Of a stretch of DNA of 64,000 bases, positions 24,684 through 38,550 are shown piece after piece; the first letter of the stretch is position 1; every line of letters begins with the position of its first letter. The notes beneath the pieces are model-generated. The model was not told the origin of the DNA and searched no databases. It worked only from the letters and a program-made list of their open reading frames with translations. The translations under genes and the position numbers were made by a program. The stretch is from NCBI GenBank assembly GCA_047495785.1, contig JBLDXI010000038.1, positions 310,001 through 374,000 of the forward strand, written 5' to 3'. Source of the DNA: Lepidodermella squamata (taxonomy: Eukaryota > Animalia > Gastrotricha).

Positions 24684-26900
24684 TCGATGATAGAAAGCTG
24701 AAGTTTCTTATTCAAAATAAACCCTGCCGTCTAATGAGAACCGATCCAATTGAACCAGACAATAAAAAAACTATTACACGCTCATTTTGCGAGTTCTCTA
24801 TGCCGCTTATCAATAGAAATAATCGAATGGATTAGCATAAGTCTAGCTAAAGTCCAAAATGAAATATTAACATTGATGACTAAGACTGTTATCGTTTTTT
24901 TTCTATCCTATTTCGACAAAAAATTCTGGGAAATTTCATGCCGTGCAACCACGTAGCGAGTAGCGAGTTGTAATTAACTAAGGTAAACAAATCTTGCAAT
25001 CAATAGATAAATAGAAAATTGCATTATGCATAAGCATAGCGAGAAAGCGATAAACAAACTCCGAGGGTATTATACCATATTCCCGCGAAGTTTACATGTA
25101 CTACTCCGAAATTATGATCGGTCATAACATCATAATTGAATTGGAAAGATTTTGAATCGACCCGATGTCGCCCTGCAGTGTGGAGCTCTATATGGAATAG
25201 AGGTATCGATTTTATTCCCACGAACGTGCGTCTTATTGGTGTCATTAAAGGTTCGGGAAAACACCGCCACGTGGAGTGGAGGAATAAGTTTGCTATCGCA
25301 TATCGTTCTAAATATATCTGTTTCAATGCCATCATGATTCGTGATAGCATTCGTTTTTCTGCCTGCGCTTGGAAATAAAATCTTAGCTAAACCAAACCTT
25401 TACATATTTGCCCTGCGGGACGTAATGTTTTCTTTTCGCTATTTCTACAGCTTGTAAGGTGTGTACGCAAAGCGCAATCGAAAACAGTGAACATTTCCAC
25501 GATATCAATGCGGCAATAGTAGTTATTGTTGTATGTATTTACTGCAGCCTGTAGTAGGAATACCTAGTACCTATCGCTGCATCAGACTCGTAAAAACGCT
25601 TGCGCCGTTCGCCATTATCCTGGTACGCAGCAGTCATTTCGCGGACCTAAAACACCACGGTCTACACCTAACGCAGACCTCTCTTCGATTGCTATTTCGC
25701 AGAGATAAGGCGCGTCCGTGTTTTGCGAAATGAGCCTTTTCGACTCCGGATACTGAGTAAAGATTGGCTTTATTGCTGCAACGAAGTAAGGCGGCTGAAT
25801 AATGGCATCACGTACGTAGACTTAAGATGAGTCAGCCGGGAAGGCTATGCCAAGGGCTGTCAAGAAACGCATATTTACAGCTACTCATCGGTTACGATTT
25901 TCCGGAAACCAGAAGATATATCAAATTCTCGTTTATGGAATAAAAACATGAAAAGGCGCTACTGTCTGAACCGAAAAAATTGCCAATATAATACCGAGCT
26001 GTGAATACCAGGCACCTGTGTTGAAACCACAGTAGAAACGTTGCTATTGATGGAATTGATACGAATTGCGCATGGGTTGTGCGTAAAATATTGAATGTCT
26101 TTATCGACTTCATTATTTATCAGCTTCTGGTTAATAAAATTACCATGCGTGAGTGCATCTGTAGTGGTAGAAATGCGATAGTCACTTGCTTCCAAATGCG
26201 TTAATCAAATTCGTTATATTGTAAGGCGTAAAACATGGCAGCTCGTGTTATTCGCCGGCTTTATTTACATACAAAATTGGAACTATGCTATGAAAAACAC
26301 AGGATTTACGATACTATAGCATATAGCATATAGATTATTACAATAAAATTTGCATCGTTTGCTTCATTCAATTATTTGAAGATAGATCAAGAATTAAAGG
26401 CACTGACTGACCAATTGCGCTCAAAAACCGCAACCCCACGTTTTTCTTGCGTCCGTTCGCCCGAAACCCATCGAAGATATGATACAGATAGTCCCAAATA
26501 ATTCCGTCGAAATTCACGATTCGTAAAACCCCAATTGGGTACAGGGTTCCTAATGGGTCCACCTATCAGGCTCAAATTTCGGGCGCATTTAGTCGAAGTG
26601 CTTGATCATTGAAATGAGAATTGAATATGCATTCCAATTAACAGGCGAAATACATTATAAATGAAGTAAACTATTTCTACACGGATATTCAAGATCATAA
26701 GATGATCACTCTGGCACAACTCGCAATGCAAAAGTCCATATCGCAGAAAATAATCAGCAAGGCATCACTATTATTTGATTTGGCAGCAAACGAGGGAACC
26801 CTCAATCAGTCTTTGACAACAAATATAAATTTCACGAGGAAAGTTAGCAAGCTTTGCGCGCCTATTGGATGACGCGGAACAATGAAGTCTGATCAGCTGG

Positions 26901-28813
26901 TTAACTTGACTGATTATTTGGTGTCTGAGGAGTGCTAGCGGAAAGCATCAGCATTGATTGACGATTACCGGCATTTGCGGCGTTGATCGACCGGGATAAT
27001 ATGCCTGAGTTATTACCACTGTTTCGCTGGTTATTGCCTTGTTGATGAGCACCTGTTGATCGCCCAGCATTGCTGTCACCAGATTTTCCTGGAAAAATTA
27101 GACAACAGTTAATTTTTTCAATCATTTTCCTAAAGCGCCATAGTTGAATCAATCGCAAGATATTGCGATTCGACAAAGGTCATGCTGTATCTAAAAGTCA
27201 AGTTTACCATTCATTTCCGCTCCCGAGATCGAGCCAACTCCAGACACTTGATTTGAAGCTCGATATTGCCCTCCATCGGCGGCTTGATTCGTTGCTTCAT
27301 GTCGCCCATTTCTATTCATATCCACTGAGTCATCGCCTGATTGGGCTTCGTCTGAAACTTGATGCCGAATAGGAGGCTCTGTCGAATGAATGTCGCCAAT
27401 GTTCATCCTGGGGCGACCAGTGTTTGGTTGTAGCTGGTGCTGAGCTTGAATAGCCGTCTGCTGATGAATCAGAGCACCGTTTTGTTCCGTAGCTCCGAAC
27501 TTCATCATATTCCAATCGAACATCTTAATACGAAGTAGTTTTGAATTAATATCATGAATATTTTGATTACAACGGAATTTACGTAGTCGTAAACGAAACC
27601 CATGCGATGAAACAGCGATCTAAACAATCCGCGTAAGTAAGTATAATCCGGCCGGTCATCAAACCGCATCGATCGAGCATAGTTCAAGTAGGTGCCGAAT
27701 TCAGCTAAATTTATGTTCTTTCTTAAATCCCGATATATCCAATAGAATATTCAACATACGAGGATAGCCGTTGCACAACGTTTCTACAGTAGTTGCCATC
27801 TTTTTCTCGCTGATTCGTTCATACTTTTGGCGTTTTGTAGCAGCTTTAAGACCTTGCCAAGGTAGCGAACCACGCAAAAAGTACATCAAAACATATCCCA
27901 GTGACTCCATGTCATCTCTTCGACTTTGCTCTGCATTTATTTCAAAATTTGAATAAAATTGATAAATACCTACAGAGACATACCGATTCCAAGATGAGTG
28001 TTAATGGAAGCGTATCGAGCTGTCCCGGTGAGATTCTTATTCTCCCGATACTAATAAAGCAGTATTTACTCAACTTCCATGTGGTGGATGTGCATCAAGT
28101 GAACCTACCGGTATATGCTGATGCGTGCGAACGTCTCTGTACTTTTTAGCCAATCCAAAGTCAATAATGTAAACGATGCTCCCTTTCTTGTTCAAGCCCA
28201 TCAAAAAGTTGTCAGGCTGTAAGATCACAAAAAAATCATAAGATAAGAAAGAAGAATTTCTCAGTTAGCAACCTTGATGTCCCGATGGATGAAGGATTTT
28301 GCGTGAACATATTCAACACGGCTTATCTGACATATTTAGAAATTTGACAGATGAGCTAAAGGTACGCATTTTTATTACCATCTGATCAGCAAGGAGTAAG
28401 ACTGACTTCAAAGAAAATCGCCGTGAGCAGAAGTTGAACAAATCTGTTATAATATAACAGTTGGGATTAATGAGTCGACCAAAATTCAAACCTTCGAGAG
28501 AAGGACCAAGCAGCTCCATGACCAGGCAGTTGTAGTCACCCTCCGTGCCACACCATTTGATAATTGGAACTCCCACGCCACCTTGGAGGATTTTGTATAT
28601 CTTACTTTCTATGTGGAGCTGTGGATGTTTTTTCTTGGTGCATTCCAGTTTGATCGCCACCTCTTCGCCCGCAAAAATATATTGACCTATTTACAGGTTA
28701 ATAACGCATTTTAGCCACGAGCATTAATTGAGCAAACCCAAATATATATCTCCAAAACTACCACTGCCGATCTTTCTGCCCAACCGGAATTTGTTACCGA
28801 CACGAAGTTCCAT
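26901..28813 (-). CDS. CSNK1D: Casein kinase I delta/epsilon, multi-exon
   Basis: [70 protein letters not shown], then a low-complexity tail. The delta/epsilon distinction is not resolvable in invertebrates. Confidence 0.95.
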
Positions 28814-29199
28814 TAATTTCGTTTTGAATGCAACAGATAAGCGATTTCACGATTCCATAGCAAACAGTTTCCAGTTTAGGTAAAATCGTGTCCGTCAGTA
28901 TGAGGTAAATCCTTGAATGAAGAAAATATAACACAAAATTAAATGAAATAAAGCAGCGGGTTTAGTGAAAGACAAAAGATAGAAAGAAATGACAAAACTG
29001 ATGCCATCACAGATCACAGAACACAAAGCAAGGCAGTGATTACAACGGTAAATTTAGTCAATGACATGGAAAGCGCAGTGTCAAATAGGCTCGGAGCTTG
29101 ACACACACACTCCTTTTTTCAAAAATCGACAAGTCTCTGTACCAGATATCAGATATGCGTTGAGACCTGAAGAAGAGCTGTTAAAGGTCCATGGGTTTT

Positions 29200-30477
29200 G
29201 GATCAGGATCAGGATCAGGATCAGGATCAGGATCAGGATCAGGATTTACGATTTCTCCTCGCCCTGACGGACTCAAGCTTTCACCATAAGGCGGAGCTTG
29301 TGAGAAAATCGCGAGCTTACGCTCTAGGAAAGTTTGAACTGGTTTAATAACTACATAATTGAAATCCCTACCCCTGGTACTCCAGTTATTGCTGACTGTT
29401 TCTCCAGGGCCCAGGCATTAGTGCCCAGGTGGCTTTTCCACTCACTCAGCGAAGCCTACAAACGCCGTCGTAGCAAGAAAGCTACCAAAAGACTAGTTTG
29501 GAGGAATATTTACAAGAGTAGAGATAATTTACAAGAGGTAATTCACGGAGCCAAAATATAAGATAATTTAATGACGGAGCTATAAAGAAAATAAAGTATA
29601 TTACATTTGGTTTAGTATAGGCTTTGAAAAATATAAATAGAAATTTGGAAAACTCATTTAGTTCGGCACGTAGTTGTAGACGAAGGCGGCTTTGGAGTAC
29701 GGATTTGACGCGACCTGCGGCTGCAGAGAGGCTGCAGTGAGTTCCTTCTTCTTTCGCTCGCTCTTCGCCTTGATGATGGCGTCGTGTTTGGCCTGTTCGC
29801 GTAGGAATTCGAGCGTGGCTTGCCGGCATGCCTTTGTGGTAGCAGACAGCCTGATCTTCGCTGGCAGCTGGTTCCACCACTGGATGGCCTTGGTTGGGAA
29901 CGAGCGCTGGCCTGCGGCGAGCTTGCACGATGGCTTGACGTACTTCCCGGTGGCGGCGCCTCGAGTGTTGTGGTCATGCTGTTGGTTCATCGGCTTGACT
30001 AGCGACGAGAGTGCCTCGGGGGTCTCAGGATCCCTGCTGCACTTCCACATGGTTGTAGCCAGGTGGACCAGTCGTTTGCCTTGCAGATTCACCCATCGCA
30101 ATCGCACGAGAACTTCATCGGCGGGCACGTCAGGACTGACGTCGAGAACGGCACGAACGGCTTTGTTTTGCGCGTGTTGAAGTCGATCCAGCTGGGTCTT
30201 GCAGCCCTGATCGATGACGGCGTCGCAGTAGTTGAACTTCGACCCGATGATGCCGTCGTACATCATTGTTCGAGTCTTCAGGTCGGTGTGCCGAGCCGCT
30301 TTACGTAGTGCGTAGGTACCACTTCTTGCGGCTTTGATCAGATGATCGACGTGCTTTTCCATGGTGAGCTTTGAGTCCAGATAGACTCCCAGGATCTTCA
30401 CGTGGTCAAGTGGCGGCAGATCGACTTCACCGAATCGAATTTCTGGAGCAGAAGCCTGTTGGTTAGACAAAAACAAC
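29200..30477 (-). mobile_element. 5'-truncated non-LTR retrotransposon (CR1/L2/Crack-like) with intact RT C-terminal ORF 29658-30476 and hexamer tail
   Basis: VKILGVYLDSKLTMEKHVD...LDRLQHAQNKAVR...HDHNTR...QRSF...WNQLP; 3' tail (TCCTGA)7 at 29200-29245; TGGGTTT on both flanks (29192-29198, 30478-30484). Confidence 0.9.
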
Positions 30478-31181
30478 TGGGTTTGGGGCTTTGATGGGTC
30501 TACATCCCAACGTTGTCAGTATCTATGAATTTATAAAACAAAAATTTAATGTTATTTTTGCATAAGGTATTTGAATATGACAATTTACTAATTAAATGTG
30601 AAAAATTTTTGTTGCGAAAAATAGGCGTCCTTGGATATAGGAAGATAGCTCATCTGAAGATTCCGTATGATTGTGTTTGGTTGTATCTGCCCCGACCAAC
30701 TTGAGCACGGTGAGCTCCGATGAGCCTTCCATGTAATGTATTATCTAATTATGATCGATATTCTATGAATACCGCTTCTTTAGCAATAATTTTTGCGCCC
30801 ACCCGTTAGAAAACAAGGGCGGCTTGTTGAGCGGAATAACTTGTATTTTTCCAACTAATCATGTCCATCACGTGTCTATTGACCTAGCTGGCAAGCAGAA
30901 AGACTATGCCCTTAAACTCGATAGCGATATGAAAGATGAACATGACATCTTCGCGTTCTCTTCATGAACTCGTAACGAAACTTACTCGAGTTTTTAACAG
31001 CCCACAAAAGTACTGACTTCATAAAGCTTGCTGCATAGAAACTCGAATCCGCTCTTGAAATATTCTTCTAATCTAAATTTGATTCTCGGGACTGAATAGC
31101 ATCCAGCGTAAAACTTTCAAGTTCACTAATCCTACATCCTGCGTTAATGGACATTTTTTGGCGACTAGCTGTAGATTAGTA

Positions 31182-34100
31182 ATGTCATTGTTTAAACTAC
31201 GCGACTGGTGGTCGGCAAAAAGTGGTGATGTTAATATTGGAGCTGAGCATTACAGTCCTTTTAGTCTCTGCGTCGGCAACATAGACAACAGTACAGAGAA
31301 AACAGGTAACAGTTTGTTACTATATTTTATTGCTGACTCTTAATTGTTCTAATAATTTAGACAAAATAATTGTGGGAAGTCTAAATGGAGTCATTCGAAT
31401 ATACAATCCACACAAACCGGGTGCTCAAACTCAGAAACCGGAAAATCACATGGAATATCGACCGAGTGACTTGATTCTAGAAGCGCAATTAAAAGAGCCA
31501 GTTTTGCAAATTTTGTTTGGAGCATTTGTCAGGTAAGGGTAACATTGTCCTCGGCGTTTAATTTCACCATGCTTTTCAATGTAAAGCACTTCAGCGTTGT
31601 TTGTGAATGTGGTTAATGTTTCGTGTCTGTCTTTGAAATTAACAGCCCTGGTAATCATTCAAGGTGAGCCAATTACTTATTTTTGTTTGAAGTTCGCTAC
31701 TATTAACCCCGATTTGTTGAAATTTCTTGCGGAAAGTTGATTGTTTATCGATAATACTATTGAAGGCCTTGAAATATTTTTATTTGCATCCATCCTACAC
31801 GTTGCGGTGTTACGATTTGACATCATAAACCTACCATTCATGTGATACTGATTTTTGAATTTTCAGCGGCAATACTCCAAAGGGTAATCAGCTGGCGATT
31901 TTGCATCCTCGGCGCTTGGTTGTTGCTACTCTTGCCAGTGAGTTGGAAGATTAATGCCTTACAGTTACGAGCATTTGTATTCAACAGGTGCAAAGGGAGC
32001 TGTAGATCACGGTTATCAGTTTCAGCTCGCAACCCTCTATGAGCATCCTCTGGAGAGAAGTGCTTTCAACATGTGTTGTGGCCCTTTTGGCGGAGTGAAA
32101 TGTAACCAATACATTTGGATGCATTGTGTGTGCTTAAATATTTGAATTTTTTTTAGCAAAAGACCACATCGCAGTTCAATCAGTTGATTGTACAATTACG
32201 ATTTTCGAACACGAGCACATGCTGTTCTCACGATTCTTGCCAAACTCGCTCCTACCGGGCCCATTGGCTTATTGGCCTGTTTCGAATAGCTTTCTAACCG
32301 TGTCGTCTAGTTGGTCATTAGAAAGTTATCGATTCGAAACTCTAGCCGTCGCTACAGATGCTAAAACGAAAGAAGAATCTCAAGCTGTCAACACTGCTAA
32401 AAGAATCACGGTATTTTTAATAATAACATAATATAAAATTAATAATCATGAGTACCTTCCTCTTCTCAATGTAGCCGGATTGGACTTTGAACATAGGAGA
32501 AAGTGCGATACAGATTGAAGTGACACTGCTATCAGCTGGAGCGTCGACAAGTCGCGCGTTAGTGCTAGGCGAGCGCGACTTATTTTGTGTCAACGATGTT
32601 GGGGAACTGATATTTTCACTAAAACTTGACTACAATCCCGTCGCGCTGTTCGTAACTAAATGTGAGAGAATGACTCTTAGCCGCAGTTGATACTGAATCT
32701 GAGCTTTGTTTCAGCTTCTCGAGAATCCATCAACTTTATTCTGGCGAATCATTTCAACTCGCTGATGTTTTACGAGAACGAATTTCTTCGATGGTCAGCT
32801 CACGCATCTTTCACTCCGACGACAATAGCAGTGGCAAATTTGAAGTAAATTTGAATACCTGGCTTTTTTCTATAAATAGCTGTGCTTAAAAAGGTCTCTC
32901 CGTGGTGCTATTGTGCTCTTGAGCTCTGAAGGTCAGCTAACGATTGGCTACCTAGGGACGGATCCGACGTTATTCTCAGTGGCACCTCCTGCTGCTGGTC
33001 GAGACATCAAATGGGACGATTATGAGAAAGAAATGAAAAAGCTCGATGATAAAATTCGCGAAAGCTCTAAGCCGATAGGTGCAAGTCAATCGAAAGCTGC
33101 TGTTTCCGAGGAAGAAGTCCTCCTCAAGGTTAACCTGCTGAAAGATCAAATTTCAACATCGGTATGTACTTGAAAACATCGTTGCGAACAATTCTTGACA
33201 TTTTGGGCGGTTTTAGTCGCGAAAAATCAAAGTTCCTGGCCAAGTGGTCCTGTCAGTGAAGAGATCGGATGTCGATGACGTCAGGTTACACATTCTTTCA
33301 CAAGCGCCGGTGTCTGTCGATCCAATAAGCACTAAAATAGGAAAATTAGGTACGCATGTGAAAATCTGTCGTAAAACGTGTATTTCTATTGGGCATTGCC
33401 ATTTTTCAGAATCCTCATCTGCTGCCACAATAAAATTCAACCTCACTATTGACAACTCCATTCTTGTGTCGACCTTATCAGTGAAATTCGCAGCCTCTTA
33501 CATGTTCAAAGGATCGCCGCGACTTGTCGCAGCTAGCATAGAAGTGCCTATTCGATTGGTGGCAAAACCTCGGGCTCTTGATATCAAACCAGCATCAGAT
33601 CCTACTGCGACCTGCAAACTAACCATCGACTCGAGCATGGCGCCGGTTCCTATCAACGAGCTTTTTCCAGGTTTGAAATTGAAGCCCTTAAAATTTGGCT
33701 TTATCAAGTTTGATTTGCTCAGATTATGCGACGGAGGTTGCAGCGTCAGACTTCCTAACGACTGAAATTGCGGGTTCTAACGTCAGTATATTAGCTGCTA
33801 AAAACTCGAGTAAGTTTTGTTGCGAGTTTGTGGTGATAACGGTGATGGCGTGTTCATCTTTCAGATCGCTATCGAGTTCAAGGGCCTGGCCTCTCTTCTT
33901 GCTCACTGCTTTTATCGGAATTGGCGAATCGGTTGATCCAACGGCGCGGTCAAGTACTTACCTTCACGGATGCGTTTCCTCTCGACGATTTAGCTCTCGC
34001 AATCGAAACCCATCTAGCTGCTCGAACTGAGTTAGCGACGGCCGAAAGTCGCCTCGCATCGGCCTCAACGCAGATCATCGCCGTCGAGAAGCGGTTGCTG

Positions 34101-35052
34101 TCTCGCGTTCGCGATAAGACACCCGTCCAAATCGACGACATGCACATTTTACTGACGACCTGCCAGACCGAAGTGAATGCAGCTATCGATGACGTCGAAA
34201 AGGCGAGGGCTAAGGAAATGTCTACGGGCGCTGCTCTTGCGGCGGCTGTTCGCGCGTTCTGCCTCCTCGTCAGGCTGTGGCGCCAGTTGACTGAGGAGGA
34301 GAACGCGGTTCTGATTGCCGCGCTTCAGCCCGATAGCTTGAGTTCGAATCTCGACGGTCGAGGAGGCATGCAGCACGGCTGGGAAGAACTTGCCGATGCG
34401 GCGATAGTGTACCTTCTTCGGTCCGTTCTCTCGCCTCGCAGCGAAAGCAACCGCGATGCCGTTTTCAACCCTCCTCCCCTTGCTCAGCCAACAGATCGCG
34501 GTGACGGCTTGGTTAAGCACATCAAGACGCTTTTGGATAGATTGGCGCGAGGCGGCCGGTTGGTCAACGTTGAAAACCATAACAATGCGGCAACAGCGGC
34601 GACTGCGACTCTCAAATTGGCTAGTCGGCACCCACTTCAAGACCTTATGGATGAGTCGTCAGCTTCGAATCAACTGGCTGTTTCCAAATCAGAAGCGCCC
34701 ATAGATCAACAGGTTTGTAATTCGGGTGGTAATTAAGGCGAAAATTAAATTATTCCTATTTAAATAGCTTCCCAAAGCTACGATAAAGAAGCCGAAACAG
34801 TTCAAGAAATCACCAGCCGTTGAAAATACTGATCAGCAGAATAATTTGAAGCAGTTTACCACACCGGCGCCGGTCATGATGGCCGGGTCTTTCTCGGCCA
34901 ACACAACAGCGGATACAAGTCTGCCGGACTTGAACTCGCTACCGGCCCTGCCAAAAGTAAAAACAACTCCAGCAGCCCGCCAACTTCAACCAAACGGTTC
35001 ACCGCCATCGTCGGGTGGCAAAAGTGACATTCCAGATCTCGATTCGATGTAA
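31182..35052 (+). CDS. BBS9: BBSome subunit PTHB1/BBS9, multi-exon
   Basis: MSLFKLRDWWS, DKIIVGSLNG, LYEHPLERSAFNMCCGPFGG, LLPGPLAY, GYLGTDP, QIIAVEKRLLSRVRDKTP, GWEE. Confidence 0.95.
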
Positions 35053-35637
35053 ATTTCATCGACATTTTTGCTGTCAAATCCAGTGTTCTTTCTGTATAGT
35101 ATGCATTGTCACATTTTTTCGTTCAATTTCGAATGTTGACTAAAAAATACCTATGTTACGGTTTCAGTGTGACTCATTCATTATAACCGAATAATGATGT
35201 GAAAACCAAGTGAAATTATTTTACTATTATACCTTGGAATCGCATAAAAATGGTTAGAAATGCGGCGACCTTCGCGTAATCACGCTGCAATGACTTGTTT
35301 TGAACAAATATAACTGCTCGGTTGTGATTCTCTTTCTGCGCGCCGATGATGAGAATGCTGACTCTTTCGAATCTATGCGGTATCGCCGTCCAAATAATAT
35401 AAAACAGCTGATTTTTGCTTGGTAAAACATGAATACACCGTGAGTTTGATGACAGGAACTATGGAAAATTATGTCGTGTAGCGATTTGTGTATAACGAAT
35501 GAAATGAACGATCCTCGAATGTGCAAGTTGATAATATTTGTTGAATATTATTTATTATATTGAACTGCTATCTCAATTTCAGATAATAAACGAAGGCATC
35601 ATATTTCATTCGAGTTGCGTATTAGTTTTATTCAAAA

Positions 35638-37218
35638 TCATTCAGGTATATCTGACTCGTCCAAATCCTCATCTGTCACGCTATCAGACTCGAGCTGGTT
35701 GTCGGCGTTCGCTTGCTGCAGGATAGCATCGATTTCACTTTGAATAAATCGCTGATCCTCGTCAGATTTCTCATTGCTTATCTCACTTGTTGACGCCTGC
35801 TCATTAGCACCCTGTGCTTCGTGCTGATTTTGAAGCTGGTAGATGTATTGAATAGCCTGCAGGAATCCTACCTGGCGCCCGCGCTCGAAAGCAGGCACCC
35901 GTTCCCGAACTTGCCGCTCGCGAGGCGTTTTTTGTGCGGCTAAAATTCTCTGCACAAAACGCCTGTTAGCTTCTTTCGACGGAAGATAGGCCTCGGCACC
36001 TTCGGGCAAGTCCGATATCGCAGCCGCAACGATAGCATCAGTTGATGGCCGAACGTTCGATTGCAAGGCCTGTTTAGCCGCAACTGTCATTCTCTGGCGG
36101 GCGATTCTGGTGTAGATGTCTCGACTCGTGAGGCGCTTGTGCTCGTCAGTGTGGACAGGGTTTTGTCCGGGCCGGGGTTTCCCATCTTTCTCTACCAGAA
36201 CACGAGCTTTGCAAATGTTAGATTCAGCACAACGATACATCGCCGTCTCGTCGCCTGAAATCTTGTATCCGTACCGGAATCGACAACCTTCAACTACGAC
36301 ATGAACTTTGCCGTGATGTGAAACCAGAGCAGATGGGTTATCAATTATGCTGCCCGAGCTATTCGGCAACTGCCCAATTCCGGGAAAGTTTGGAGAAGCC
36401 TTGGACAGCAAGCCAGCCGGCAAAGACAGCCCCTGTAGAGGCAAGCGGGGCAACCGGTCGGGATTTAGCAGTGGAAGAGGTAAGGGAAGATGCAGCGACT
36501 TGTCGGAAGATTCGGGCTGAGACAACGAGCTTTGAGCACCATCGCTTAACAACGGCTTTTTCGTTTGCGGCTCGTCGACGTTCGCAGCAGATTCTGGACC
36601 TGAAAAATAAGGATTTACTATTGATCCTGGCAAAATTAGCCACTACTCTAGGTCTTTATTCATCAAAAAATTATTACGCGATGATTCGCTCATTTCTCCA
36701 TCTGCATCTGTCAACCATTGGAAGAATTCTTGGGAGGTGTTTCCTTCGTTACTTGCTGTCTCTGCGACTTTATTTTTCCGGCGACCTCTGCCAGAAGAAG
36801 CTGTACCAACGGTCGCTGCTGGGTCTGAATTTACATTTTTAGATTGGATTCGACCGCTCGCCCCACGTCCAGCCCCACGGCCACGACCACGGCGGGTTGC
36901 TGATGGAGCACGGTCGGCTGGAACTTGTAAAGTAGATGGCAAGCTCGAGAGAGAAGATGATGGAGATTGCTCCGGGAGGTTAGAATTAGCACCATCCGCC
37001 GTCTCAAAGTCAGGTCCTGATGATTCATCTGTTTCACGCTCTTTCAATCCTTGTAAAGCACGAATGTGGCTGTATCGGACTGGAGCTTCGCAAGCTGGGC
37101 ATTTCGGCGGGTAACTTAGGTGAGTAGCTTGGTAAAGGCAGCGCTTGCAGAAAATATGGCCGCACTCGGCAACCACCGGTCTGAAAGCCAGTTGATTGCA
37201 ATCAGCACAGTTGGCCAT
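35638..37218 (-). CDS. RING-finger protein fused to a FLYWCH/Mutator-transposase N-terminal region (one gene, intron 36600-36677)
   Basis: C3HC4 RING (CADC...CGHIFCKRC...CPAC). A phase-1 intron GTAATA...TTTCAG joins the two listed ORFs in frame. Exon 2 has MYRCAESNICKARV...HTDEH and AYLPSKEANRRFVQR. Confidence 0.75.
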
Positions 37219-38070
37219 TTTTTTTAAGAATACAGAAAGTCTGTAGAAAAAAGCAAAGTCATAGCAGCAGTTAGAGATGACAGAGAGCGAGGCACGCGAC
37301 TAGCTTTTTTCGAAGCTTATCAAATAAAACCGAATATTACGGATAAGAAAACAAACGGCCGCGCACATTACATCACTTGATCCGTCAAGAAATGAGGTCG
37401 CGTGGCTGTGTTTTTCGCCAACTTTTTTTTCATGTCGTCTGAACACAATGCTGTATTGACTATGCTCATTCGCTGTTGTTTCAATGGAGAACTGGAAAAC
37501 ACAATAAATGTGGCAATAAATGAATGAGATTGCGATCAGGAAAATTTGATTATGCACACCACTAAACGTCCGATAATGAATGATACCTAGCGGTGCAATT
37601 GGTGATTTGCATTGCTGTTTGTCGAGGGGTCAATGAGCAAACGACAGAAGCGCAGACTAGTAAAATACATGCATCGCCAATTGAGAGAAGATTCAACGTG
37701 CAACTATGGATATTGATTCAAGCATTTCACGTTCAAACATTGTGACATAACAATTCACCTCTATTTTCTGCGACAGTGCTGTACGGCCATTCATCCTGCG
37801 TTCAAAAAGACGATAGTTTATTAAATTCATTTTCATTCACGGTTTGAATTCTCGGAACTCCGTGGATCCATTTCTGTCGGCCTATTAATAGTCGCGGCTC
37901 AAAAAAATATGATCATATTTCACCCTACGCCACCCATCTGACCATGGATCTGCTACAAGCTCAGCATTCAGTGCGTAGACTTTGGGTGTCTCCTGGAAAG
38001 CGAGTGTAAAATTATCGTTGGTTTCAGCAAATAGTCAAGCTTCAATATGAATCAGACTGGTAATAATATC

Positions 38071-38317
38071 GGTTCTATGCCAATTGAGCAAACGAAAATT
38101 GAGCAAGGGCTTTTGAGCAACGATATGAGAGCAAACGAATTTAGAGCAAAACGACACAAGAGCAAATTGTGTTTACAATAAATAAGAGCTAAACATAATT
38201 ATTAAATTTGCTCTCGTGTCGTTTTGCTCTAAATTCGTTTGCTCTCATATCGTTGCTCAAAAGCCCTTGCTCAATTTTCGTTTGCTCAATTTTCGTTTGC
38301 TCAATTAGCATAGAACC
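38071..38317. mobile_element. Foldback-type non-autonomous DNA element with long modular inverted repeats
   Basis: GGTTCTATG...CATAGAACC termini; ~100-bp arms built from ~14-15-bp GAGCAA subrepeats, one extra unit in the right arm; flanks ATAATATC / AGAATATC (8 bp, 1 mismatch). Confidence 0.85.
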
Positions 38318-38550
38318 AGAATATCATTATGAAAATGCCAATTTTTCAATATTTTCAATTTCACCAATTTCGGCAGGCTGAGGAAAAGAAGCCTGCCCTA
38401 TAGCCGATGTTTACAGCAAGATCGACCTGGAATAATAACCCGAACTTCAAAATCAACTCCACATTATTTATTTACCCAGTGATAAGTAGAAATTAAGGTC
38501 ATCGGCGCAAATGATTGGTTATAGTTAAAGCTCTTGCTGAATAAAATTTT

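Noticed and set aside
24700-26900. Several 60-110-aa ORFs between the claudin-like gene and CK1
   Set aside because: No recognisable domains or consistent exon chain. More likely the CK1 3' UTR and the upstream region of the claudin-like gene.
29061-29267. ORF with RIRIRIRI repeat
   Set aside because: It is the antisense translation of the LINE's hexamer tail.
35638-36633. 331-aa ORF as an independent gene 10 nt downstream of the RING ORF
   Set aside because: It has no ATG at the listed start, and an in-frame intron joins it to the RING exon.
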